Shown here: in pieces, positions 27,661-37,573 of the stretch | Position numbering within the stretch: the stretch's first letter is position 1 | Layout: each line of letters opens with the position of its first letter | Virus record (IMG/VR): IMGVR_UViG_3300027863_001119 | Coordinates: 32,001-96,000 of that record | Direction: 5' to 3' (one strand) | Source: a virus | DNA length: 64,000 bases | Notes under the pieces: generated by a model | Told to the model about the DNA's origin: nothing | What the model saw: the letters and a program-made list of their open reading frames with translations, nothing else | Databases searched by the model: none | Made by a program: the position numbers and the translations under genes

Positions 27661-29562
27661 ATGAATTTGTCAATTATTATTCCAGTTTACAATCAGTTAT
27701 TTTATACTAAGCAAGTTGTAGAATCTATACGTAGAGTTTTTTCACAATCTACTAAGATAAACAAACTCTTTTTAGTAATAGTAGATAATAATTCTACCGA
27801 TGAGACTTTACAATATTTAAAGAGCAAAGAGTACTTAAAAGAATCTCCAAACTTTTTTCCTTATTTTATTCATAGTGATGAAAATTTAGGGTATGGAGGA
27901 GGTGCAAATTTAGGGATAAAATACATTTTGAGTTTAAAAGAAGACTGCGATTTTTTGATTATGAATAATGATATGATTCTCCTTGATGGATGTATTGATA
28001 ATTTAGTTACTGCTGCATACTTAAGCAATGATATAGGAATTGTAGGAGGTAAATTATTATTTCCAGATGGAACTATTCAACATGCAGGTGCGTTTTTAAA
28101 TGTATTTGGATGGGGACAACATATAGATGCTGGACTTCCTACTTCTTTTATTAATCAAATTACAGAAGTAGAGTATGTTACTGGTGCATTGTTTTATATA
28201 AAGAAAGAGGTAGTTGATAAAGTTGGAATTTTTGATAATATATTTGAGAGAGGGTACTTTGAGGAAGTAGACTATGTTTATAGAGCTAGAAAAGAAGGAT
28301 ATAAAACTGTATATACACCATTTGCACAAGCTATTCATTATGAAAACGTTACTTCTAGAGATATAGTTAAAGGAGATAGTGAAGATGTTAAGAAACAAAT
28401 AAGTGATAAGAATCAAATTAAATTCTATTTAAAGAGAGAACAAGAAGAATATAAAAGTGATAATCCTTATAAAGTTTTGATATCCTCTGAAATATATGGA
28501 GAATGGTCTTTTTGTGGAGTAATGAGAAATTTAGCAAAAGGATTAAAAAGAAATGGAGTCGATGTTTCAATTGCTCCAGTTGAATATCATTATGATAAGA
28601 AAAATATGATTGATTGGGAAATTAAGGAGATGATTTTAAAACCTAATGATTACTGGAATAGAGTTGTTTTAAGATCTTCAGAAGGGGATCATATGTATTT
28701 AATGCCTCCAGGAAAACAACGTATTGCACATACTACAGGAGAAAGTACCAGAGTTCCAAAACAGTGGGTAGAACAATTAAATAACGTAGACAAAGTTTTT
28801 ACAACTTCTACTTTTTTTAGAAATGTTTTATTAGAGTGTGGAGTTAAGACTCCTATTTTTGTGTTGCCAAATTCAGTTGATACTTCTTTATTCAAAAAAG
28901 AAGGAAGCAGATTGAATATAGATGGATTAAAAGGATTAAATTTTGTTTCTGTTTTCCATTTTGGAGAAAGAAAAGCCCCCGAAATTTTAGTAAAGGCATT
29001 TTGTAATGCTTTTACAAAGAATGATGATGTTACTTTAACTATTCACGCACTATCTATGAAGTTTGTTTTAGAACAAAAAGGAATGTCAATAGTTGATTGG
29101 ATAAACTCTATTGTACCGTTTGAAAATCGTCCTTCTATACTTGTAACAACAAATTACATATCAGACAAGCTTATGCCAAATTTTTTAAGAAATTTTGATG
29201 TTTTTGTGTTACCAACAAGAGCGGAGGGATTTGGATTACCATTTATAGAAGCAGGTGCGCTAGGCATACCTTCTATAGCTACTGGTTATAGTGGATTATT
29301 AGATTATGTAGGAGAAGAAAATGGGTGGTTGATTGATTACAAACTTGTAGATATTCCTTTACAATACTTACCGTATTTTCATAATTATATAGGAGGACAA
29401 TGGGCAGAACCTAGTGTTGATCATCTTACAGAGATATTTAGACATTTGTATAATAATAGAGAAGAAATAAAGAAAAAAGGTGAAATTGCTTATATAAAAG
29501 CACAACAATATTCAATTGAAAATATTGGGAAACTAGGAAAAAATTTAATTTTTGATAAGTAA
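27661..29562 (+). CDS. Bifunctional glycosyltransferase (GT2 + GT4 fusion)
   Basis: N-terminal SIIIPVYN, VDNNSTD, MNND, YFEEVD; C-terminal ERK and EGFGLPFIEAGALG. Confidence 0.9.
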   Translation: MNLSIIIPVYNQLFYTKQVVESIRRVFSQSTKINKLFLVIVDNNSTDETLQYLKSKEYLKESPNFFPYFIHSDENLGYGGGANLGIKYILSLKEDCDFLIMNNDMILLDGCIDNLVTAAYLSNDIGIVGGKLLFPDGTIQHAGAFLNVFGWGQHIDAGLPTSFINQITEVEYVTGALFYIKKEVVDKVGIFDNIFERGYFEEVDYVYRARKEGYKTVYTPFAQAIHYENVTSRDIVKGDSEDVKKQISDKNQIKFYLKREQEEYKSDNPYKVLISSEIYGEWSFCGVMRNLAKGLKRNGVDVSIAPVEYHYDKKNMIDWEIKEMILKPNDYWNRVVLRSSEGDHMYLMPPGKQRIAHTTGESTRVPKQWVEQLNNVDKVFTTSTFFRNVLLECGVKTPIFVLPNSVDTSLFKKEGSRLNIDGLKGLNFVSVFHFGERKAPEILVKAFCNAFTKNDDVTLTIHALSMKFVLEQKGMSIVDWINSIVPFENRPSILVTTNYISDKLMPNFLRNFDVFVLPTRAEGFGLPFIEAGALGIPSIATGYSGLLDYVGEENGWLIDYKLVDIPLQYLPYFHNYIGGQWAEPSVDHLTEIFRHLYNNREEIKKKGEIAYIKAQQYSIENIGKLGKNLIFDK

Positions 29563-29613
29563 TGATAAAACATTTTTTTTTAAGAAAAAAATAAGAAATT
29601 TTGTGGAGGCTTT

Positions 29614-30585
29614 ATGATATCTACAGAAGAGTTGTTGATTATACACGTACTTCCAGAAAATACGTCTCCTTGCGGAGGAATAAAAGTACATTATGATTTA
29701 TCTGAGATAGAGAAAAAATTAGGAATTGAGTCTATTATATGTTTTCCTAATGTTAATTCGATTCCTCATTGGATGGCAAAAAGAGACACAGGAAGAATAA
29801 CTTCATATAAAGAAGCTCAACAATATGCATATACTTCAAAGAAATCTGGTAAAAAAGTTGTAGTAATAGGGTGGGAAGATACTTATCCATTAGATTCTAT
29901 GTTTAATGATTTTATTAAAGTTTGTTACATACAAGGGCATGTATTTTGGAATCCTATTTTGAATAATTACAGAGATAAACACATACTTTGTATTTCAGAG
30001 TTTGTGAGAAAGTTTATTTTGAGAGAAGATGCTCACGTTGTAGAGCCTTTTATAAGAAAAGATATTTTTTATCCGATGAATTTTAATTTGAAATTTTTTG
30101 CGAATCGTTGTAATGTTTTAATACAAAAAAGAAAAAATGGTGATAAAGTTAGAGAAGATTTAATAAATATTCTTTACTCTTCTAATAAATATTCTCCTAC
30201 TCTTTTGAGAAGAGTTCAATTTTATACATTAGAAGATGTATCGGAGATTGCTTTCGCACATGTTTTAAGAGAACATGATGTTTTTATTGCTCATTCTTAT
30301 CCAGAAGGATTTGGATTACCTGCATTGGAGGCAATGGCGTCTAATACTTTTGTAATTGGTTTTACAGGAGGTGGTGGAGAAGAATTTATGAAAGATGGTC
30401 AAAATTGTTTTGTTGTAAAAGACGGAGATTTAAATGCCTTAGCAGATTCTTTATATAATTTTTTACTTTTAGATAATCAAAAACTTGAAGTGTTAATTAG
30501 AAATGCATACAATACTTCTTTAAAGTATACTAAAGAAAATACAACACAACAATATTTAAGATTTTTAGAAAGGGTAGTAGGATGA
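29614..30585 (+). CDS. Glycosyltransferase, GT-B fold (GT4-like)
   Basis: GGIKV near N-terminus; EGFGLPALEAMAS. Confidence 0.85.
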   Translation: MISTEELLIIHVLPENTSPCGGIKVHYDLSEIEKKLGIESIICFPNVNSIPHWMAKRDTGRITSYKEAQQYAYTSKKSGKKVVVIGWEDTYPLDSMFNDFIKVCYIQGHVFWNPILNNYRDKHILCISEFVRKFILREDAHVVEPFIRKDIFYPMNFNLKFFANRCNVLIQKRKNGDKVREDLINILYSSNKYSPTLLRRVQFYTLEDVSEIAFAHVLREHDVFIAHSYPEGFGLPALEAMASNTFVIGFTGGGGEEFMKDGQNCFVVKDGDLNALADSLYNFLLLDNQKLEVLIRNAYNTSLKYTKENTTQQYLRFLERVVG

Positions 30586-30797
30586 AAGGAGATGATAAAT
30601 ATTTGGCTTTTATTTTTTACACATTTTATTTTTTAGGTGCAATAACAAGCAAAGAAGAAGAATTAAGAGTTAGAATATTGAATCCATGGGGAGTGATTTT
30701 TATTTTGTTTACTTTTATATATTTTTTATTGAGAGGAGTATTTGGAGCAGTAAAGGCTATTTTTATTATTATTCGAAATAGAACAGTATTATGGTAA
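30582..30797 (+). CDS. Small membrane protein
   Basis: ATGA overlap; two hydrophobic stretches. Confidence 0.5.
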   Translation: MKGDDKYLAFIFYTFYFLGAITSKEEELRVRILNPWGVIFILFTFIYFLLRGVFGAVKAIFIIIRNRTVLW

Positions 30798-30812
30798 AAG
30801 GGAGTGAATAAA

Positions 30813-31115
30813 ATGCCAGTATTTAGTTATAAGTGTATAAATGTTGATTGTTCTAACTACGAAGTAATAGTTAAAAGAGTTTCCTTTAAGTTTTCTTCAG
30901 ATGAAGTTTGTGAAATTTGCAAAAAACCTTTAAAAAAAGTTTACAATTTTTTTAATGTAAGTGTTAAGTCTTCTAATAGTGATAGTGTTACTAATATAGG
31001 TAAAATTATAGAGGAAAAGAATAATAGTTTGAAGAAAAAATGGGAAGCTTATAGTTACGAACAGAAATCTTTAAGAGAAAAAATTTCAGAAAAACTTAAA
31101 GAGAGGAAAAAATGA
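30813..31115 (+). CDS. FmdB-like zinc-ribbon protein
   Basis: MPVFSYKC..C and CEICKKPLKKV; ATG at 30813 after GGGAG. Confidence 0.6.
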   Translation: MPVFSYKCINVDCSNYEVIVKRVSFKFSSDEVCEICKKPLKKVYNFFNVSVKSSNSDSVTNIGKIIEEKNNSLKKKWEAYSYEQKSLREKISEKLKERKK

Positions 31116-31951
31116 GTCTTGGAGTATATCAATTTATAAGAAATGGAGTAATTTATGATTATCCATTTTTAGAATCTTTAGAATCTGTAGTACCAATTGC
31201 AGATCAAATAGTAGTTTGTGAGTGTGAAAGCGAAGACAATACATTAGAATTATTACAACAATTTCGAGAAAAGTATAAAGATAAAGTTAAGATTGTTAGA
31301 CATTCGTGGGCAAAACATTTTACAGAGTTATCTGTAATTGGGAACTATGCAGCACTATTTTTAGATACAGATTTTAAGTGGCATGTTCAATCTGATGAAG
31401 TAATACATGAAAACCAATATAATAATATTAAAGCATGGATTAAATTAGTTGAAAAACATAATTTAAATGTAACTGCACTTACGACCAAGTATATTCATTT
31501 TGTATGTAATTATGAAACAACATTTCCTTTTGTTTATGATGAAATAATAAGAATACACAGAAGGGGGAGTAATTGGATGTTAGTAGAGGATGCGCATCAA
31601 TTAGCAGGAGGGGTAGAGCGGGAGGTATTACATACGGATATTACAGTTTATCACTATGGTAAAGTTCATTCTGGTGAAAAAGGATGGAAGAAAGAGTGGG
31701 ACTTTCAACAATTATTCAAAGATATAGGATTTCCCGATCCAAAGATGTTAGAAATGAAAGAAAAATTAGGAAAAGAATATTGTGATTATTTATTTTTATT
31801 TGAAAAAGACATTATAGAAAATAAAATAAAAAAGTTTACTGGAACTCATCCAAAAGTTATGCATAAAAGAATAAAAGAGTTTAAGGATAATAATTACGAA
31901 CAATTTGTTTCTAAAATAAAAGAAAATTTAAGGATACAATATGAAAGTTAA
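31112..31951 (+). CDS. Glycosyltransferase, GT-A fold (GT2-like)
   Basis: IRNG..YDYPF.ES..S, SEDNT, QSDEV, YHYG motifs. Confidence 0.75.
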   Translation: MSLGVYQFIRNGVIYDYPFLESLESVVPIADQIVVCECESEDNTLELLQQFREKYKDKVKIVRHSWAKHFTELSVIGNYAALFLDTDFKWHVQSDEVIHENQYNNIKAWIKLVEKHNLNVTALTTKYIHFVCNYETTFPFVYDEIIRIHRRGSNWMLVEDAHQLAGGVEREVLHTDITVYHYGKVHSGEKGWKKEWDFQQLFKDIGFPDPKMLEMKEKLGKEYCDYLFLFEKDIIENKIKKFTGTHPKVMHKRIKEFKDNNYEQFVSKIKENLRIQYES

Positions 31952-32324
31952 TTATGAAAAATATAAAGATGTGTTTGAAAAACACGGATTTAAGTTAGGA
32001 AGATTATTATCTTTTTCTAAGGGTTTATATAAAACTTTGTATCCTAAAAATTTTGTTTTATTTAATGCTAATATAATTACAAGGAACACGGGAAAAATTT
32101 GGTATGGGGATTTAGATCTTACAAAAGACGAAAAAGTTTTAAAAAAGATATCCAAGGAGATTAACAAGGAGTTATTTGTGTTAAGAGAGATAGATTGTAG
32201 ATTTGAAAACGAAAAATTACCTTTTAAGGTTTTGAAAAAGAGAGCAATTTGGAGCTCTAAAGAAGGGCTTTTAGTCAAGTCCTATCTCAAAAATTTTCTT
32301 TCTTCTTTAAAGAAAAAAGTTTAA
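31941..32324 (+). CDS. Hypothetical protein
   Basis: 127-aa ORF overlapping the upstream stop; WYGDLDLT motif. Confidence 0.55.
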   Translation: MKVNYEKYKDVFEKHGFKLGRLLSFSKGLYKTLYPKNFVLFNANIITRNTGKIWYGDLDLTKDEKVLKKISKEINKELFVLREIDCRFENEKLPFKVLKKRAIWSSKEGLLVKSYLKNFLSSLKKKV

Positions 32325-32336
32325 GGAATAATTTAT

Positions 32337-32771
32337 ATGGAAAAAAAGAAAAACATTAATAGAAGATATTTACCTTCTATTAGTGATTTATTAGACAGAC
32401 TTAGTATAGATTTATTGAAGATTGTTTTTATAGAAGATAAAAAAGATGTGTATGAAAAAGAGATAGATGATATATTACACGATATTGATCAGATACTAAG
32501 ATCTTATGAAGATATTAAGATAACGTCTACTTTACTAAAGTCTCTGATAATTTTATCTCAAATTAATACTCATATATGGTATAATGAGAAATCAGTTAGA
32601 GAAGGGAAAGATCAAGATCTTTACAAGTTGAAGTTAACACACAGTTTAAATGGGATAAGAAACTTAATGAAGAACAGAATTTTATCAGAATTGAAAGAAG
32701 AGAAAGGATATGATTATAAAACAGATTGTTTAGCAGCTGAATTTAAAGAATGGAATTCTTTATGTAAATAG
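32337..32771 (+). CDS. Helical protein, DUF4254-like
   Basis: SISDLLDRLSI..LK, IN..IW..E, LN..RN..KN.I pattern. Confidence 0.5.
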   Translation: MEKKKNINRRYLPSISDLLDRLSIDLLKIVFIEDKKDVYEKEIDDILHDIDQILRSYEDIKITSTLLKSLIILSQINTHIWYNEKSVREGKDQDLYKLKLTHSLNGIRNLMKNRILSELKEEKGYDYKTDCLAAEFKEWNSLCK

Positions 32772-32796
32772 TATTTTAGATTATATAGAAAGGTTT

Positions 32797-33609
32797 ATGA
32801 ATATAACTATTGTATTATCTTTATTTTCTGATTCACGTAAGTATATTAATAGACTACCTTTAATTAGAAGATGTTTGATAAGTTTAAAAAATCAAACGTT
32901 TTCTAATTTTGATGTTATTGCTATTGATAACAATAGTTATGATGATACTAAATCTTTATTTTTAAAATACTTTCCAAATTCTTCTTATTTTGTTTGTAAT
33001 TTACCTAAAAACCGTTCTGCGGTTCGTAACTTAGGAGCGTCCAAGGTTACTACTCCTTATATTATTTTTCTTGATTGTGATTGTATAACATATCCAAATT
33101 ATGTAGAAAATTATGTAAGATACATAAACAATCATTCTTTTCAAGTTATTCAAGGTGCTTTTTACTCTTATTGGAAATACCTATATTTAAAGGATGAGTT
33201 TATAATCATTAATGATGGTAAAGAGATGATAGATTATTCATCTTTAGAAAAGATAGATACTTTAGTCAAATCTTTTTATGGATATCAAACAACTTCTATA
33301 TCTTCTGATAATTCCAAGGAAGAATTTTATCATAAATGTGACTCTATTTTTTCTGGAAATTTTTGTATATTAAAAGAAGTGTTTGATAAAGTAGGAGGTT
33401 TTGATGAAGATTTTGCAGGATATGGATATGAAGATGCTATGCTAGGTCATACATTAATCTCCAATAAGGTAAAGATTGTAGGAGTTTTGAATACTGCTGT
33501 AATTCATCAGAATCACAGATGTGAAAATGATCTCTCTCACGAAGAAGATTGTAAAAATGCAGCAATTAATAAAGAATTATTGATAAAAAAGATGAGAGGA
33601 GAAAAATGA
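32797..33609 (+). CDS. Glycosyltransferase GT2 with galactosyltransferase-like C-terminus
   Basis: IDNNSYD, RN.GA, FLDCD (DxD), GGFDEDFAGYGYED. Confidence 0.85.
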   Translation: MNITIVLSLFSDSRKYINRLPLIRRCLISLKNQTFSNFDVIAIDNNSYDDTKSLFLKYFPNSSYFVCNLPKNRSAVRNLGASKVTTPYIIFLDCDCITYPNYVENYVRYINNHSFQVIQGAFYSYWKYLYLKDEFIIINDGKEMIDYSSLEKIDTLVKSFYGYQTTSISSDNSKEEFYHKCDSIFSGNFCILKEVFDKVGGFDEDFAGYGYEDAMLGHTLISNKVKIVGVLNTAVIHQNHRCENDLSHEEDCKNAAINKELLIKKMRGEK

Positions 33610-34601
33610 TATACTTTATAACTGGAGGCACAGGGTTTGTAGGGAGTCATATGATTGATTTTCTTTTGAAAAAAGAAGAAGATTCTTTTATATATGTTTT
33701 GAAAAGATGGAGGAGCTCTAATAAAAATATTAAACATTTATTTAGTAATAGTAGAGTAAAATTTGTAGAAGGGGATTTACTCGATATAAAGAGCTTAATG
33801 GATATTATTAAAGGTTTTAAATCCTTGGACTATGTATATCATTTTGCGTCTCAAAGTTACCCTGCTTATAGTTTTCAAGCTCCAATAAGTACTTTAATGA
33901 CAAATGTAATTGGCACTGTTAATTTATTAGAAGTTTTAAAAAATTTCAGAGATTTAGGTTTACACGATCCTCTTATAATTTCTGTGAGTAGTTCTGAGGT
34001 TTATGGAAATCCAACACCTGAAGAGGTCCCTATAAAAGAGACTAATTCTATAAGAGCTGCAAATCCTTATTCAATATCAAAAGTAGCTCATGATTTAATG
34101 AGTCAATATTATTATAAAGCATATGGAATGAGAATTATAGTTACTCGTATGTTTTCTCATGAAGGACCTCGAAGAGGAGAAGTTTTTGCTTTAAGTAATT
34201 TTGCTTATCAAATTGTTTCTCACGAGAAGTCTCAAGAAACAAAAGAGAATTATCTTATTAAAGTAGGAAATCTAAACTCTGTTAGAACATATTCTCACAT
34301 AGATGATGCTATATATGCATATTATTTATGTGCAAAGAAAGGGAAAGTAGGAGAGATTTATAACATAGGAGGAAATTATACTTGTACAGTAGGAGATGCA
34401 TTAGAAAATATGTTAAGTAAAAGTATTATTCCAAAAGAAAAGTTTCAAATAATAGTTGATCCTTTAAGAGTAAGACCTACAGATATAACTCTTCAGATAC
34501 CAGATTGTACAAAATTTAAACAAGATACTGGTTGGAGTGCTAAGAAGTCATTAGATGATATTACTAATGATTTATTACAATATTGGAGAAAAGAATTATG
34601 A
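33606..34601 (+). CDS. gmd: GDP-mannose 4,6-dehydratase-like SDR
   Basis: ITGGTGFVGSH, ASQS, SSSEVYG, PYSISK (YxxxK), HEGPRRG, VGNL...R, RPTD. Confidence 0.75.
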   Translation: MIYFITGGTGFVGSHMIDFLLKKEEDSFIYVLKRWRSSNKNIKHLFSNSRVKFVEGDLLDIKSLMDIIKGFKSLDYVYHFASQSYPAYSFQAPISTLMTNVIGTVNLLEVLKNFRDLGLHDPLIISVSSSEVYGNPTPEEVPIKETNSIRAANPYSISKVAHDLMSQYYYKAYGMRIIVTRMFSHEGPRRGEVFALSNFAYQIVSHEKSQETKENYLIKVGNLNSVRTYSHIDDAIYAYYLCAKKGKVGEIYNIGGNYTCTVGDALENMLSKSIIPKEKFQIIVDPLRVRPTDITLQIPDCTKFKQDTGWSAKKSLDDITNDLLQYWRKEL

Positions 34602-35329
34602 TATCAATATTAATTCCTACGAGAGGCAGACATGAAAGGCTGCGCTCTTTAGTTAAGAACATTTTAAATACTTCATTATATTCTGAATCAAACGAAATTT
34701 GTTTTTACGCAGATGAAGACGATACAAGTACAATCAAAGAGTTAGAAATTTTATCAAGAGACTTTTGTGATGTTGTTAAATTTAAAAAGGGGCCTAAAGT
34801 TATTTTTTCGGATCTTTGGAATCAATGTTTAAGTATTGCTACTAAAGATTATTATATGATTTGCGGAGATGATGTTGTGTTTGAAACTCAAAATTGGGAT
34901 GAGAAAGTATTGCGCGTTTTTAAAGATTTTTCTGATAAGATTGTTTATGTAGGTGTAAATGATGTAATACACAACGACGGGTCTTTAGCAGTACACGGAA
35001 TTGTTCATAAGAATTGGGTAGATGCATTAGGATATTTAACTCCTAAAATATTTATTTATAACTATGCAGATAATTGGATTGATGATATTGCTAAGATGAT
35101 AAATAGAAGGATTTTTTTAAGGGAAGTAATTGTTCGACACAATCACTGGATCGTTGATTCTACATTGTACGATACTACTTATGATTTTAATTTTAATAAT
35201 TATAGAAGGCGTCAGCTAGAAGTTGATAATCTTTATAGAGAAACATTAAACCAACGGAAATTAGATGCAAAAAAATTGCTTGATTTTATTAATAATTTTT
35301 CTACGAGTAAAAAAGAAGGTGTATTATGA
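34598..35329 (+). CDS. Glycosyltransferase, GT-A fold (GT2-like)
   Basis: ATGA overlap; ISILIPTRGR, DEDD, GDD, YADNW, H.HW. Confidence 0.75.
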   Translation: MISILIPTRGRHERLRSLVKNILNTSLYSESNEICFYADEDDTSTIKELEILSRDFCDVVKFKKGPKVIFSDLWNQCLSIATKDYYMICGDDVVFETQNWDEKVLRVFKDFSDKIVYVGVNDVIHNDGSLAVHGIVHKNWVDALGYLTPKIFIYNYADNWIDDIAKMINRRIFLREVIVRHNHWIVDSTLYDTTYDFNFNNYRRRQLEVDNLYRETLNQRKLDAKKLLDFINNFSTSKKEGVL

Positions 35330-36303
35330 AAAAATTTATTGCTACAACTACTATTAATAATCTCGAAAAAACATCTTATACTTATTTTACAAAAAATCAT
35401 CCAGATTGGACTTTGGTTATTTCAGGAGATAGCAAGACAGATGATAGTATATATGAAAAATTTGCTAAAGATAATAAAAATGTTGTATATCTAAGTTTAG
35501 ATGATCAAAAGAAAATGTATAGTGATCTTCATTTTATTTTAAAAGAGAACACTGATACAAGAAAGATGTTTAGTATATATTATGCTTATACTCAAGGAGC
35601 AGATGTGATTGCGCTTGTAGACGATGATAATTATCCAATTAGGGCATGGGGTCAAAATATTTTAGTAGGAAAACAATCTAGATATACTTGTTATTTTTTA
35701 GATAGAGTAAATGCTCAAACAGTGGATCCTATATTTATTGTAAAACAACATCCTTACGTATGGCACAGAGGTTATCCTTTAAAACAACTGAAGTTTAGGA
35801 AATTCGTTAAAAAGAAACAAGTAAAAGTTACTCCTTATGTCCAGACTAATCTTTGGTATGGAGAACCTGATGTAGATGGTATATGCAGATTATTAAAATC
35901 AACAGAAGATTTTTTTAGTACAGATTCTAATATGAGTGTTTGTCCTTTTGTTACTTTACGGTTTTCTCCTTTTAATTCTCAAAATACTATTTTGCATAGA
36001 AGAATTGTACCTTACTACTTTTTGTTTTCTTCTCTAGGAAGAATGTCTGATATATGGATATCCTACTATATAGAGTCTTTATTTAAGGATCCTATCGTAG
36101 TTTATGATAAACCTACTGTTTTTCAAAGAAGAAATCCTCATGATATAATTTTAGATATTGTAAATGAAAAAAATGGATATTATAATAATGAAAAATTACT
36201 AAGTGACATTTCTAAAGATTCGTCATTATTTTTTAACTATATTACAAGTGATGAAAAAACATTTTATTTAGAATATTTAGATAAAATGAGGAAGCTTTTA
36301 TGA
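35326..36303 (+). CDS. STELLO/reversibly-glycosylated-polypeptide-like GT-A protein
   Basis: TTTIN, GDSKT, VDDDN, WHRGYP, PDVDGI.RL, PFNSQNT, GRMSDIW motifs. Confidence 0.7.
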   Translation: MKKFIATTTINNLEKTSYTYFTKNHPDWTLVISGDSKTDDSIYEKFAKDNKNVVYLSLDDQKKMYSDLHFILKENTDTRKMFSIYYAYTQGADVIALVDDDNYPIRAWGQNILVGKQSRYTCYFLDRVNAQTVDPIFIVKQHPYVWHRGYPLKQLKFRKFVKKKQVKVTPYVQTNLWYGEPDVDGICRLLKSTEDFFSTDSNMSVCPFVTLRFSPFNSQNTILHRRIVPYYFLFSSLGRMSDIWISYYIESLFKDPIVVYDKPTVFQRRNPHDIILDIVNEKNGYYNNEKLLSDISKDSSLFFNYITSDEKTFYLEYLDKMRKLL

Positions 36304-37193
36304 GATTATTAATAACTGGTGGAAATGGTTTTATTGGAAGTAATTTTGATGTAGGTGTTAAGATTAGTAGAAAAGATTGTGATTTAATGAATTTAGATGA
36401 AGTTATAAAAGTGTTTTCTGATATTAAACCAGATGCTATAATTCATACTGCAGGCAAGATAGGAGGAGTGTATGGGAACATTAAAGAAAAAGGAAGGTAT
36501 TGTTATGAGAATGTAGTTATTAATGCTAATGTATTAGAAGCTGCGAGAATAGTAGGGGTTAAAAGAGTATTATCTTTATCTTCTTCTTGCGCGTATCCCG
36601 TAGATGCTCCTATACCTTATAAAGAAATTGATTTTCATAATGGAATGCCTCATGAAGCACATTATGGATATGCTTATGCTAAAAGAGTGTTAGATATAAT
36701 GAGTAGAACATATTGTGAACAGTATGGTGTTATTTACAATTGTTTAGTGTTATGTAATGTTTATGGCCCTAATGATCATTTCGGAAAAGAATCCGGGCAT
36801 TTAGTTCCTAGTTTAATTCATAAAGCATATGTATCTTGGAAGAATAAAACTGATGCTTTTTGTGTATGGGGAGATGGTACTCCAATGAGACAGTTTATTT
36901 ATGTAAAGGATGTTGTAGATATTTGTAAAAAGGCGTTATTAAAATTTACAACTCCAGGAATTTTAAATGTAGGAGATGAAAAAGAGTATACAGTTAAACA
37001 ACTTGCAAAGATAATTTCTTCTAATTTTGATAATATTCCTTTTTACTTTGATGTAAATATGCCTAACGGACAGTTTAGAAAACCAATGAGTATAGAGTTG
37101 TTTAAACAATTATTTTCTAATTATAAGTTTACGAGTTTACAAGAAGGAATTAAACAAACTATAGAAATTTACAAAAAAGAGATGGAGAAATGA
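36300..37193 (+). CDS. fcl: GDP-L-fucose synthase
   Basis: TGGNGFIGS, AGKIGG, SSSCAYP, YAYAKR, NVYGPND, HLVPSLI.K, WGDGTPMRQFIY. Confidence 0.88.
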   Translation: MRLLITGGNGFIGSNFDVGVKISRKDCDLMNLDEVIKVFSDIKPDAIIHTAGKIGGVYGNIKEKGRYCYENVVINANVLEAARIVGVKRVLSLSSSCAYPVDAPIPYKEIDFHNGMPHEAHYGYAYAKRVLDIMSRTYCEQYGVIYNCLVLCNVYGPNDHFGKESGHLVPSLIHKAYVSWKNKTDAFCVWGDGTPMRQFIYVKDVVDICKKALLKFTTPGILNVGDEKEYTVKQLAKIISSNFDNIPFYFDVNMPNGQFRKPMSIELFKQLFSNYKFTSLQEGIKQTIEIYKKEMEK

Positions 37194-37564
37194 AACGAAA
37201 AAAAGTAAGCAACCGATTTGCAGTTACTTTAAACAACCTTCTTAGAAGGAATGTTGCTTCTTTTAAAAAAGAAGCTTTGAGTGATAATAATATCGAGTTG
37301 ATAAAATCAGAAACTATAGGAGAAGTTATTGAAAAACTAATAATTTTAAATATTCGAATATGGATACTTGAAGATCTTGCAGCAGAGGCAAAACAAAAAA
37401 ATAATATTAGTAAGTATGTTGATTTAAAAAAGAAATTAGATATTTGTTTTAAAATAAAAAGACCAATGCTAGTAACTGCATTAAATAAAATGTTTGAAAG
37501 TATTGCTAAAGGAGATTTAGATGTATGTAAAGACGGAAATATTAAATTGTATAATAATGAATAA
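37190..37564 (+). CDS. Helical protein, DUF4254-like
   Basis: ETIGEVIEKLIILNIRIWILED motif. Confidence 0.5.
   Translation: MKRKKVSNRFAVTLNNLLRRNVASFKKEALSDNNIELIKSETIGEVIEKLIILNIRIWILEDLAAEAKQKNNISKYVDLKKKLDICFKIKRPMLVTALNKMFESIAKGDLDVCKDGNIKLYNNE
37547..37556 (+). promoter_or_regulatory. Candidate phage promoter motif TTGTATWATA
   Basis: TTGTATAATA about 18 bp upstream of the sigma-factor ATG. Confidence 0.4.
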
Positions 37565-37573
37565 TAAATTTTT

